A stretch of DNA of 64,000 bases from an uncultured Desulfobacterales bacterium (GTDB lineage: Bacteria > Desulfobacterota > Desulfobacteria > Desulfobacterales > Desulfobacteraceae). A program made the translations under genes and the position numbers. The stretch is taken from NCBI GenBank assembly GCA_964593725.1, contig CAZQJS010000007.1, positions 20,828 through 84,827 of the forward strand, given 5' to 3'. Positions 53,136 to 64,000 of the stretch are shown piece by piece. How positions within the stretch are numbered: position 1 is the first letter of the stretch; each line of letters starts with the position of its first letter. Under the pieces are notes generated by a model. The model saw only the letters and a list, made by a program, of their open reading frames with translations, made no database searches and was not told the DNA's origin.

Positions 53136-53163
53136 CAATTAATTGTTAATAAATTGTTAATAA
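53131..53163. repeat. 20-bp perfect palindrome ATTAACAATTAATTGTTAAT overlapping a tandem pair of ATTGTTAATAA 11-mers, at the start of a 250-bp AT-rich region upstream of dnaN
   Basis: Read directly. Palindrome at 53131-53150. Direct repeats at 53142-53152 and 53153-53163. Confidence 0.6.
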
Positions 53164-53385
53164 TTGATTAATTTTGAACAGATTTTTTAAATCAGTAATA
53201 AATGATTATTTATAAACTTTTTAAAAACATGATTATTAACATATTTGTTTTAAATTTTTGTTTTTAATTCAATGGAATATAAAGTTATGAACAAATAAAC
53301 AGTGCTTATTGTTATTATCTATTTAAATATTTAATAAAAGAATAATAAATGATATGATTACAAATTTAATTTTAAGGTAAAAAAA

Positions 53386-56899
<3,514 letters not shown>

Positions 56900-56929
56900 A
56901 GAAAAAAATATAATTTTATAAAAACATGA

Positions 56930-58138
56930 TTATAAAGCTTTTATTTTTATTTCACCGGAAGCTTTTTTAATCTGTCTTACAGCCTGCCTTAATCTTTCTT
57001 CATTTTCCACAAGGGCAAGTCTTAAATAACCTTCTCCTTCTTCACTGAAACCTGTTCCGGGAGCAACGGCAACATTGGCTCTGTTCATAAGTTCAATGGC
57101 ATAGTCCATTGCACCCATTTTATTAAAAGGTTCAGGTATTTTTGCCCAGACAAACATTCCTGCTTTGGGTTTTTTTATATCCCAGCCAAGTCTAGCAAGG
57201 CCGTCACAAAGGGTATCCCTTCTTGACTGATAGATATTTGCAAGTTTTGGAATGGTATCATCACAATCCCGCAGGGCAATGATACCTGCAATCTGGATAG
57301 CAGAAAAAATTCCATAATCAAAATATCCCTTTATCTTTCCAAGGGCCTGGATTATTTCAGAATTTCCAACGCAATAACCAATTCTCCATCCAGCCATATT
57401 ATATGACTTTGAAAAGGAACCAAACTCCACTCCAACATCTTTTGCACCGTCAACTTCAAGGAAACTCGGTGCTTTATAACCATCAAAGGTGATTTTTGAG
57501 TAGGCAAAATCATTTACAACCATAAACTTAAATCTTTTGGCAAGCTTAACTATCTCTTTAAAAAGTTCAATTTCAGCCACAACACCTGTTGGATTATGGG
57601 GATAATTTATCATTAATACCTTGGGTCTTGGATAAAAGGATTCACACACAGTTATAATCCTGTTTAAAAATGTTTCATCCGGGCTTATGGGAATCCTTAC
57701 AACATTTGCACCGGCAATTACAGCAGCATAAATATGGATTGGAAAGGCAGGAGCAGGGACCAGTACGGAATCAGAAGGTCCCATAAGGGCAAGGCATAAA
57801 TGGGATATACCCTCTTTTGATCCTATGGTAAAATATGTTTCTGTTTCAGAATCAAGGTTAATATTATAGTGTCTGTTATAATATTTTGATATTTCAAGTT
57901 TCAGGTTTTTTATGCCTGATGATTCCGGATATCTATGGGTTTTAGGATTTTTTGCCGCGCTTATAAGTTTATCTATAACCGCATCTGGTGCAGGGTCTAA
58001 AGGGTTTCCCATTCCAAGATCAATAACATCATCACCTTTGCGCCTTTTATCCATTTTCATCTTGTTGATCATACCGAAAAGATAAGGCGGAAGCTGATCC
58101 ATTCGATTTGACAACCGTATAATACTCTCTTCCTTCAT
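56930..58138 (-). CDS. Class I pyridoxal-phosphate-dependent aminotransferase (AlaA/AspC-like)
   Basis: 402 aa. PLP-Lys context SFSKSYNMAGWRIGY and NPTG. Confidence 0.75.
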   Translation of the reverse strand: MKEESIIRLSNRMDQLPPYLFGMINKMKMDKRRKGDDVIDLGMGNPLDPAPDAVIDKLISAAKNPKTHRYPESSGIKNLKLEISKYYNRHYNINLDSETETYFTIGSKEGISHLCLALMGPSDSVLVPAPAFPIHIYAAVIAGANVVRIPISPDETFLNRIITVCESFYPRPKVLMINYPHNPTGVVAEIELFKEIVKLAKRFKFMVVNDFAYSKITFDGYKAPSFLEVDGAKDVGVEFGSFSKSYNMAGWRIGYCVGNSEIIQALGKIKGYFDYGIFSAIQIAGIIALRDCDDTIPKLANIYQSRRDTLCDGLARLGWDIKKPKAGMFVWAKIPEPFNKMGAMDYAIELMNRANVAVAPGTGFSEEGEGYLRLALVENEERLRQAVRQIKKASGEIKIKAL

Positions 58139-58213
58139 TTTAACTCCAATAATGTTTTATAAAAAAACAGATTAACCCAGAAACAGACTTAAGACAATAA
58201 TTAATAAAAAATT

Positions 58214-59419
58214 TTAACCTTTTATCACACCAAGGGGTTTTAATTTATGTAAAGGTTTAATCAGATCAAGTTCTGCTTTTATCACCTTATCAATATCCTT
58301 ATATGCCTGGGGTGCTTCTCCAAAATCAAACATTCCTTTGGATTTTCCTCTTTTTACCTTATTCCACCTGTCATATACAATTTCTTCCATGGCAGCATCA
58401 CACTCTTTTCTGGTTAATTTTAAAGTTGCCTGGAGCCTGCCCATGGAACGGCCTGCACCATGGGAGCAAGACATAAAAGAATCCGGATTTCCAAGCCCTT
58501 CCACCAGATATGAAGGAGCGCCCATAGACCCTGGAACAATTCCAGGTTCTCCTTTTTTAGCAGATGTTGCTCCTTTTCTGTGAACCCAGACATTTTTTTC
58601 AAAATGGTTTTCAAGGGAAGCATAATTATGGTGTATATTTATTTCATTTTCAAATTCAGCTTTTGGGAAAACAACAGAAAAAGAAGTCATAAATCTGTCC
58701 ATTATTCTTTTTCTGTTTTCCTTTGCATACATGAGAGCAAGATTCATATCTTTTATATAGTTCTGCCCTTCCGGTGTATCCACCGGTAAAAAAGCCAGCT
58801 CTTTCCCCGGGGTGTTTACACACCATTTTTTATTTAATTTAATTGCAATATCATTATAAAAACGTGCAATAACATTTCCTAAATGCCTTGACCCTGAATG
58901 GATCATTAACCATACCTTATCGTCATCTCCTGCCTGGATTTCAATAAAATGATTTCCACCGCCCAGGGTTCCAAGGTTTCTGTTTGCAAGTTTTTTAACA
59001 TGAACATTGAACCATCCCCTGCTGCTGTATGCTTCAATATCATCACCAAATCCTTCCCAGGACTGTTCTGTTTTATTTGGTTTTCCTTCTCCGCAGGGAA
59101 TAAACTTTTTAACAAGCATTGCAACCTGCCTGATATTTTTTTTATTTGTTTCCTGTACTGGTATACTGGTTTTAACAGACCCCATACCACAGCCAATATC
59201 AACCCCCACAGCATTGGGTATTACTGCATCCTTTAAAGCAACAACTCCGCCAATGGGCATTCCATAGCCAGGATGGCAGTCCGGCATCAGGGCAACATGG
59301 TGGAACACAACAGGATGCATTGCAAGATTTTCTGCCTGGTTCATGGCCATCTCTTCAACATTTTTACACCATGATTTTATATGAACCTTATATTTATCTT
59401 TATTTTTTACCCATTCCAT
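58214..59419 (-). CDS. rtcB: RNA-splicing ligase RtcB
   Basis: 401 aa. RtcB metal and GTP site motifs (DCHPGYGMPIGG, GGGNHFIE, SCSHGAGR). Confidence 0.9.
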   Translation of the reverse strand: MEWVKNKDKYKVHIKSWCKNVEEMAMNQAENLAMHPVVFHHVALMPDCHPGYGMPIGGVVALKDAVIPNAVGVDIGCGMGSVKTSIPVQETNKKNIRQVAMLVKKFIPCGEGKPNKTEQSWEGFGDDIEAYSSRGWFNVHVKKLANRNLGTLGGGNHFIEIQAGDDDKVWLMIHSGSRHLGNVIARFYNDIAIKLNKKWCVNTPGKELAFLPVDTPEGQNYIKDMNLALMYAKENRKRIMDRFMTSFSVVFPKAEFENEINIHHNYASLENHFEKNVWVHRKGATSAKKGEPGIVPGSMGAPSYLVEGLGNPDSFMSCSHGAGRSMGRLQATLKLTRKECDAAMEEIVYDRWNKVKRGKSKGMFDFGEAPQAYKDIDKVIKAELDLIKPLHKLKPLGVIKG

Positions 59420-59448
59420 TTTTAAAATTCCTTAAATTTTAAAATCTG

Positions 59449-60486
59449 TTATTTTATAATCTCAACTTCCCACTGATTTTTCTGTATCTCTTTATATGTA
59501 ATTTCAAGATCTAAAAATTTTTTAATTATATCTATATTTGTTCTGGTATGCCGGCTTAATTCAAGGGTAATAAATTTTCCTTTCCCTGCCATTGCCATGG
59601 GGATGAGCAGCTGGTCTGCCAGAAATTTTCCCACAGGTGCCCTGTTTTTAATGTAGTGTTTTGCTGAATTTACACATCTTTTTGCAACTTTTTCAGCAGA
59701 CACACCTTTTATACCAAAACCTGTAAAAACCTCGGTTATATATTTACTTTTAATTGTTAACATAAGAACATTACCAGGCCCTGGTGAGTTCTTAAGTTCA
59801 ACTTTTTCAAGGTTTTCCCATCCAAGATACTTTTTAACTGTTTTAAGCTCCCTTTCTGCAATACTGACAGGTATATTTGCAACACAGGCAACTGCCGATG
59901 TCTCAATTATATCCCCCCTTTTAATTATATTTATTGCCTTAAGGGGAGCAGGCTGTATATCCACACTGAATTTTCCCCCGCCTGCCGGATAAAAACCTGG
60001 TTTTTCAAGTATTGCGTTTATATCCGGCCCCATTTTGTTAACCACTTTTAAAAAGGAGTTGTTAAGGAATTCAAAGGGCGGTGCATAAGGATTGTGGGTA
60101 CCGCCCTCCAATATAATATGAGAACCTTTGTCACCCATTATCAATGCCGGCAGAACAGTTTGTAAAACCAGGGTGCAGCTGCCTGCACTTCCGATGGAAA
60201 AATTAAATCTGCCCGGCTTTATGGTTTCAGGTTGGAATATCAGAGAGTCAGAACCAATAAAATGACCTGTTACCAGTGCTTTTCCAACCTCAGCCGCTGC
60301 ATTAACACAAGTTAAATGTTGACGCATTAACCCCGGTTTTCCCCGGCCGGCCCTGATTTTGCTCATTGAAAAAGACCTTCCTGTAACCAGGGATAAAGCA
60401 AGGGAGGTTCTGAGGATTTGTCCGCCTCCCTCGCCAAAGGTACCATCTATTTCTATCATAATTATTTCCTTCTGATTTTTAAACAA
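59449..60486 (-). CDS. rtcA: RNA 3'-terminal phosphate cyclase
   Basis: 345 aa. [23 protein letters not shown] is the RtcA N-terminal signature, and the active-site His sits in the conserved region. Confidence 0.9.
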   Translation of the reverse strand: MFKNQKEIIMIEIDGTFGEGGGQILRTSLALSLVTGRSFSMSKIRAGRGKPGLMRQHLTCVNAAAEVGKALVTGHFIGSDSLIFQPETIKPGRFNFSIGSAGSCTLVLQTVLPALIMGDKGSHIILEGGTHNPYAPPFEFLNNSFLKVVNKMGPDINAILEKPGFYPAGGGKFSVDIQPAPLKAINIIKRGDIIETSAVACVANIPVSIAERELKTVKKYLGWENLEKVELKNSPGPGNVLMLTIKSKYITEVFTGFGIKGVSAEKVAKRCVNSAKHYIKNRAPVGKFLADQLLIPMAMAGKGKFITLELSRHTRTNIDIIKKFLDLEITYKEIQKNQWEVEIIK

Positions 60487-60487
60487 C

Positions 60488-61600
60488 TTACAATAAATTT
60501 ATAACTCTATCTGTAAGACCTTTTTCACCTAATACTACACTCATTTTTGAATTGGTAACAACCTTTTCAAGGATATCAAGTTCTCTTAACCGCATCAGAG
60601 TCGGGTTGTTTTCAAGCAGTCTTGCAGTATTTGCCTGACTTCGCATTGCTGCAGTTTCTTCTCTTCTCATGATCAGGTTAGCATCTGCTGCTTTTTTTGC
60701 TTCAATTACCTTATTCATAAGCTCTTTCATGTCTCCCGGCAGAATAATATCTCTTATTCCAAAACCACAAATTAAGAGACCAAACTGTTCAGCCTTCTCC
60801 TTAATGGCAGCTTCAAGCTCCTTTGCAACCTTATCTTTTTTATTTAAGAGAGAGTCATAATCTAAAGTTCCTACCACAGAGCGGAGAGCAAGCTGTGCTT
60901 CCCGGTAAACAGCCTGATTGTTGTCACTCACTGCTGTAACAGACTTTAAAGCATCAATCACTCGAAAACTTACAAGGGCATTTATTCTTAAACTTAACTT
61001 ATCTGATGTCAGAATTTCCTGCCCGGATATATCAAGAACATTCTCTCTCATATCAACATGGTAAAATTTAATTTTTGTCATTTGGTTCCAGAATAAATAC
61101 CGGCCTGGTGACAGGGTCTTTACATATTTCCCATCTTCAAAAAAAAGACAGCTGTATCCGTCAGAAACATTAACAATGGAGAGAAAATCACTGGCATTAT
61201 CATGGTTGATAATTTTATTCATTGCTTTATGTCTGAAACTTACATCATTAGCATCAATAACTTCAACTCTGACCTTTTTAAACTTTGTCCACAGGGCATA
61301 CAGACCAGGCCCAAGAATTTTTTCAAACCGTCCTTCAAACCACACAAGGGCACGCTGATGATCCTTAAGGTCTATTACCTGAGCCTCATCTTTCAGGACT
61401 CCTGATTTAACAATTAAATCAAGGCTTTCATGTTCAATCCATGGAGATCTCGTTGAAAGGATATCCACTTTTAAATTAAAAAACAGATCAATAAACCAGT
61501 ACCGCCCTTGATTTAAAAGCCCTTTAAATTCACCACCCTTAAAATAAAACCCTTTTTCATATGATCGGATTTTTTTTGTTTTAATCATCTTTACCTCCAT
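60488..61600 (-). CDS. SPFH/band-7 (slipin-like) domain protein without a predicted transmembrane segment; first gene of the rtc operon
   Basis: 370 aa. The C-terminal ~200 aa carry an SPFH fold plus a coiled coil (…IRDIILPGDMKELMNKVIEAKKAADANLI…). The N-terminal ~170 aa are unassigned and have no hydrophobic helix. 1-nt gap to rtcA. Confidence 0.55.
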   Translation of the reverse strand: MEVKMIKTKKIRSYEKGFYFKGGEFKGLLNQGRYWFIDLFFNLKVDILSTRSPWIEHESLDLIVKSGVLKDEAQVIDLKDHQRALVWFEGRFEKILGPGLYALWTKFKKVRVEVIDANDVSFRHKAMNKIINHDNASDFLSIVNVSDGYSCLFFEDGKYVKTLSPGRYLFWNQMTKIKFYHVDMRENVLDISGQEILTSDKLSLRINALVSFRVIDALKSVTAVSDNNQAVYREAQLALRSVVGTLDYDSLLNKKDKVAKELEAAIKEKAEQFGLLICGFGIRDIILPGDMKELMNKVIEAKKAADANLIMRREETAAMRSQANTARLLENNPTLMRLRELDILEKVVTNSKMSVVLGEKGLTDRVINLL

Positions 61601-61888
61601 TTTAACCCCTAAGCTATTTTTTCATATGGCCAGGGTTGGGGTCTTGGGTAACATTTAAAAGTTTTTCCACACAAAACCTGCGGAGTATTATTTTGGTATT
61701 TGTTTTATCAATTTATACAAGCAATATTGATTACATCAAATATTCTCTCAAATACTTCATGGCATGGTTTTAAGTGCTGTTCATGAAAATTTAAACAAGA
61801 ACAAACCTTATTTTCTTTATTTTAATTATTCATAAACCAGTCAAACATTCATTTGCTTCCCCAAGACCAGTTAAAAGTTAAAAACATT

Positions 61889-61964
61889 AACCTGGAGCAG
61901 GATTTGAACCTGCGGCTGCCGTGTTAAAAACACGATGCTCTACCAACTGAGCTATCCTTTCTGA
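61889..61964 (-). tRNA. tRNA-Lys(UUU)-like element. Canonical D-, anticodon- and T-arms are present, but the 5' acceptor strand as read does not pair with the 3' strand: possible pseudo-tRNA or tRNA-like RNA.
   Basis: Reverse complement: GAAAGGA-TA-GCTCAGTTGGTAGAGC-A-TCGTG-TTTTTAA-CACGG-CAGCC-GCAGG-TTCAAAT-CCTGC-TCCAGGT. D-loop and T-loop are canonical. The anticodon loop has UUU at 34-36 with U33/A37. Acceptor 5' GAAAGGA versus 3' TCCAGGT gives only 3-4 pairs. Confidence 0.5.
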
Positions 61965-62158
61965 CACCTGACCTTGTTAGAGTCCATGTCCGGTACACAC
62001 AATATTGACTGTTTGAATAAAGTGCGCCGCTGGCCCGGCAGTATCAGAATTTGTAATTTATATAGAGCAATGGGCATACCAGTTAAAATAAAATAAGAGA
62101 TATTTTTTTTAACATATTGAAAACACGGGCTATTTTTTAAAAAACTAAAAATATATCC

Positions 62159-62186
62159 TTGACATATTTATAAAATACACTAAAAT
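62159..62186 (+). promoter_or_regulatory. Candidate sigma70 promoter for rtcR (TTGACA, 16-nt spacer, TAAAAT)
   Basis: Read directly: ccTTGACAtatttataaaatacacTAAAATaaat, ~35 nt upstream of the rtcR ATG. Confidence 0.4.
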
Positions 62187-62222
62187 AAATAGAAATATTT
62201 ATACATTTTTAGAAAATTTTAT

Positions 62223-63824
62223 ATGAAAAAGACAATTGTAATTGGAATATTAGGCCCTGTTCTGGACAGAGGAAAAAAACCATCCCGATGGGAGCACTGG
62301 AGGCCAAGCGTATCCATATGTCAGCATAGCGAGCTGCTTATTGACCGGTTTGACCTGCTTTATCAGAAAAAATACCTTTCTCTGCTGACCAGAATAACAG
62401 AGGATATTCATCAAATATCTCCTGAAACCCGGGTTGTGGGTCATGAAGTTGATTTTAAGGATGCCTGGGATTTTGAAGAAGTCTATGGTGTTTTACATGA
62501 TTTTGCCAAAACATATGAGTTTGATCTGGAAAAAGAAGAGTATCTTATTCATATTACCACTGGCACCCATGTGGCTCAAATCTGCCTTTACCTTTTAAAT
62601 GAATCAAACTATCTGCCAGGTAAGCTTATACAGACAAGCCCATCAACCAGAAGAAGAATTCATAGTGCCATTGGGGAATATAGAATAATTGATCTTGATC
62701 TTTCAAAATATGACCTTATTGCAATGCGTTTTAAAGAGGAAATCAAGGATGATATCTCTTTTTTAAAATCAGGAATAGAAACATGCAATAAAGCATTTAA
62801 TAAGCTTATCGAGCAGATTGAACAGGTTGCAATAAATTCTTGTGATCCTGTATTAATTACCGGACCAACAGGTTCTGGCAAATCAAATCTTGCAAGACGG
62901 ATATATGAACTTAAAAAATACCGCAGGCAATTAAAGGGTAATTTCATTGAAGTAAATTGTGCAACACTCAGGGGTGATGGTGCCATGTCAGCTCTTTTCG
63001 GCCATAAAAAAGGCTCTTTTACAGGAGCTTCAAGTGACAGAAAAGGACTTTTACGTTCAGCAGACAAAGGAATGCTTTTTCTGGATGAAATTGGAGAGCT
63101 GGGATTAGATGAACAATCCATGCTGTTAAGGGCAATAGAGGAAAAACAATTTCTTCCTGTGGGGTCTGATATTGAAACCAAAAGTGATTTCCAGCTTATT
63201 TGCGGTACAAACCGCAATTTATTTAAAGATGTAACTGAGCACCGTTTCAGGGAAGATCTGCTTGCACGTATTAATCTGTGGACATTTGAAATGCCAGGGC
63301 TCAGACACAGACCTGAGGATATTGAACCAAATCTGTATTATGAACTTGATCGCTTTGCAGAAAGAAATAATTCTCACATTACTTTTAACAAAGAAGCCCG
63401 CAAAAGGTTTCTTAAATTTGCAACTTCATCACAAGCCCTGTGGCCGGCAAATTTCCGGGATCTGAATGGCGCTGTTACCCGCATGGCAACCCTTGCACCC
63501 GGAGGCAGAATTACAACAAAGGTAGTGGAAAATGAGATTTACAGATTAAAATCAATGTGGTCAAATTCACATGTATCTGATTTTGAAAGTATTTTAACTG
63601 AAATTCTTGGCACAGAAAAAACATCCACCCTTGACCGGTTTGAAAAAGCACAGCTTGCTGATGTATTAAATATCTGCCGTCAATCCAAAAACATCTCTGA
63701 GGCAGGACGAATTCTGTTTGCAAGCTCAAGAAAGAAAAAAACCAGGATAAATGATTCTGATCGATTAAGAAAATATTTGTCAAAATATGAGATAAAATGG
63801 AATCAAATCCGATGTACTTTCTGA
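62223..63824 (+). CDS. rtcR: Sigma-54-dependent transcriptional regulator RtcR (CARF domain, AAA+ sigma54-activator domain, HTH)
   Basis: The N-terminus closely matches the RtcR CARF domain as remembered from E. coli (…WRPSVSICQ…HITTGTHVAQIC…IDLDLSKY…). AAA+ motifs GPTGSGKS and GAFTGA-like (GSFTGAS). C-terminal HTH. Confidence 0.85.
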   Translation: MKKTIVIGILGPVLDRGKKPSRWEHWRPSVSICQHSELLIDRFDLLYQKKYLSLLTRITEDIHQISPETRVVGHEVDFKDAWDFEEVYGVLHDFAKTYEFDLEKEEYLIHITTGTHVAQICLYLLNESNYLPGKLIQTSPSTRRRIHSAIGEYRIIDLDLSKYDLIAMRFKEEIKDDISFLKSGIETCNKAFNKLIEQIEQVAINSCDPVLITGPTGSGKSNLARRIYELKKYRRQLKGNFIEVNCATLRGDGAMSALFGHKKGSFTGASSDRKGLLRSADKGMLFLDEIGELGLDEQSMLLRAIEEKQFLPVGSDIETKSDFQLICGTNRNLFKDVTEHRFREDLLARINLWTFEMPGLRHRPEDIEPNLYYELDRFAERNNSHITFNKEARKRFLKFATSSQALWPANFRDLNGAVTRMATLAPGGRITTKVVENEIYRLKSMWSNSHVSDFESILTEILGTEKTSTLDRFEKAQLADVLNICRQSKNISEAGRILFASSRKKKTRINDSDRLRKYLSKYEIKWNQIRCTF

Positions 63825-64000
63825 TTTTTTTGTAAGGCCCACAGACCAGGACTTTTTTCAGGTTTTAGCCTGATTGCCCAGACACAGCATTGTCTGAATA
63901 TTTTAAAATGGTTGATAAAGGCTGGTTGATCTCATGCTTTTGATTCATGGTTTTACTCCTCAAAATTGTATGGGTAATGCAAAAAATCAGGATAATGATC

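Noticed and set aside
51456-53385. Canonical DnaA boxes (TTATCCACA / TGTGGATAA) that would mark oriC near dnaN
   Set aside because: None seen in either AT-rich spacer. Only the AT-richness and the palindrome/tandem repeat are reported, without calling an origin.
61601-61890. Expected sigma54 (-24 TGGCAC / -12 TTGC) promoter upstream of the SPFH-rtcA-rtcB operon, given the adjacent RtcR activator
   Set aside because: I scanned the minus-strand sense of this spacer by eye and found no convincing GG-N10-GC match (only a TTGCTTG without an upstream GG). A position-weight-matrix scan is needed, so no promoter is reported.

Overview
This is a low-GC (roughly 35-40%) bacterial chromosomal segment whose gene content and order look like a sulfate-reducing deltaproteobacterium (Desulfobacterales-like). 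That taxonomic guess is inference from protein families only. Genes are densely packed on both strands and almost all are housekeeping or metabolic. No transposase, integrase or CRISPR array was seen.

The main organised block is cobalamin metabolism. A cobalamin (B12) riboswitch with its own terminator hairpin sits near 13.66-13.93 kb. It precedes an ~11 kb plus-strand operon: a BtuCDF-type corrinoid ABC importer, then the anaerobic cbi genes cbiL, an unusual Gate-domain membrane protein, cbiET, cbiF, cbiG, cbiH, cobO and cobQ. A second, separate minus-strand block cbiC-cbiA-cbiD lies at 27.6-30.8 kb.

Other recognisable genes are:
- polA, hisD and a eukaryote-type fused hisH-hisF
- hutU-hutI, glnE and citrate synthase
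- a RecD2-like helicase, gmhB, rlpA, lon and Hsp20
- pyruvate:ferredoxin oxidoreductase, and dnaN-gyrB with no dnaA or recF nearby
- a class I aminotransferase
- an rtc RNA-repair locus: rtcR is divergent from an SPFH-domain gene followed by rtcA and rtcB, with a tRNA-Lys(UUU)-like element in the intergenic region.

Loci worth a second look:
(a) The rtc locus, with a soluble SPFH-domain first gene and a tRNA-like element whose acceptor stem does not pair as read.
(b) An operon encoding a metallophosphoesterase, a ParB-like/Lrp-RAM fusion protein and a GAF/PAS histidine kinase.
(c) A response-regulator protein with REC-PAS-HisKA architecture but no ATPase domain.
(d) A possibly split RdgC-like gene pair and AT-rich palindromic or tandem-repeat DNA just upstream of dnaN.
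(e) A perfect 21-bp inverted repeat in a 500-bp AT-rich spacer.
(f) A small, extremely Cys-rich basic protein.

All calls rest on reading the six-frame translations and the DNA by eye. No database search was run.
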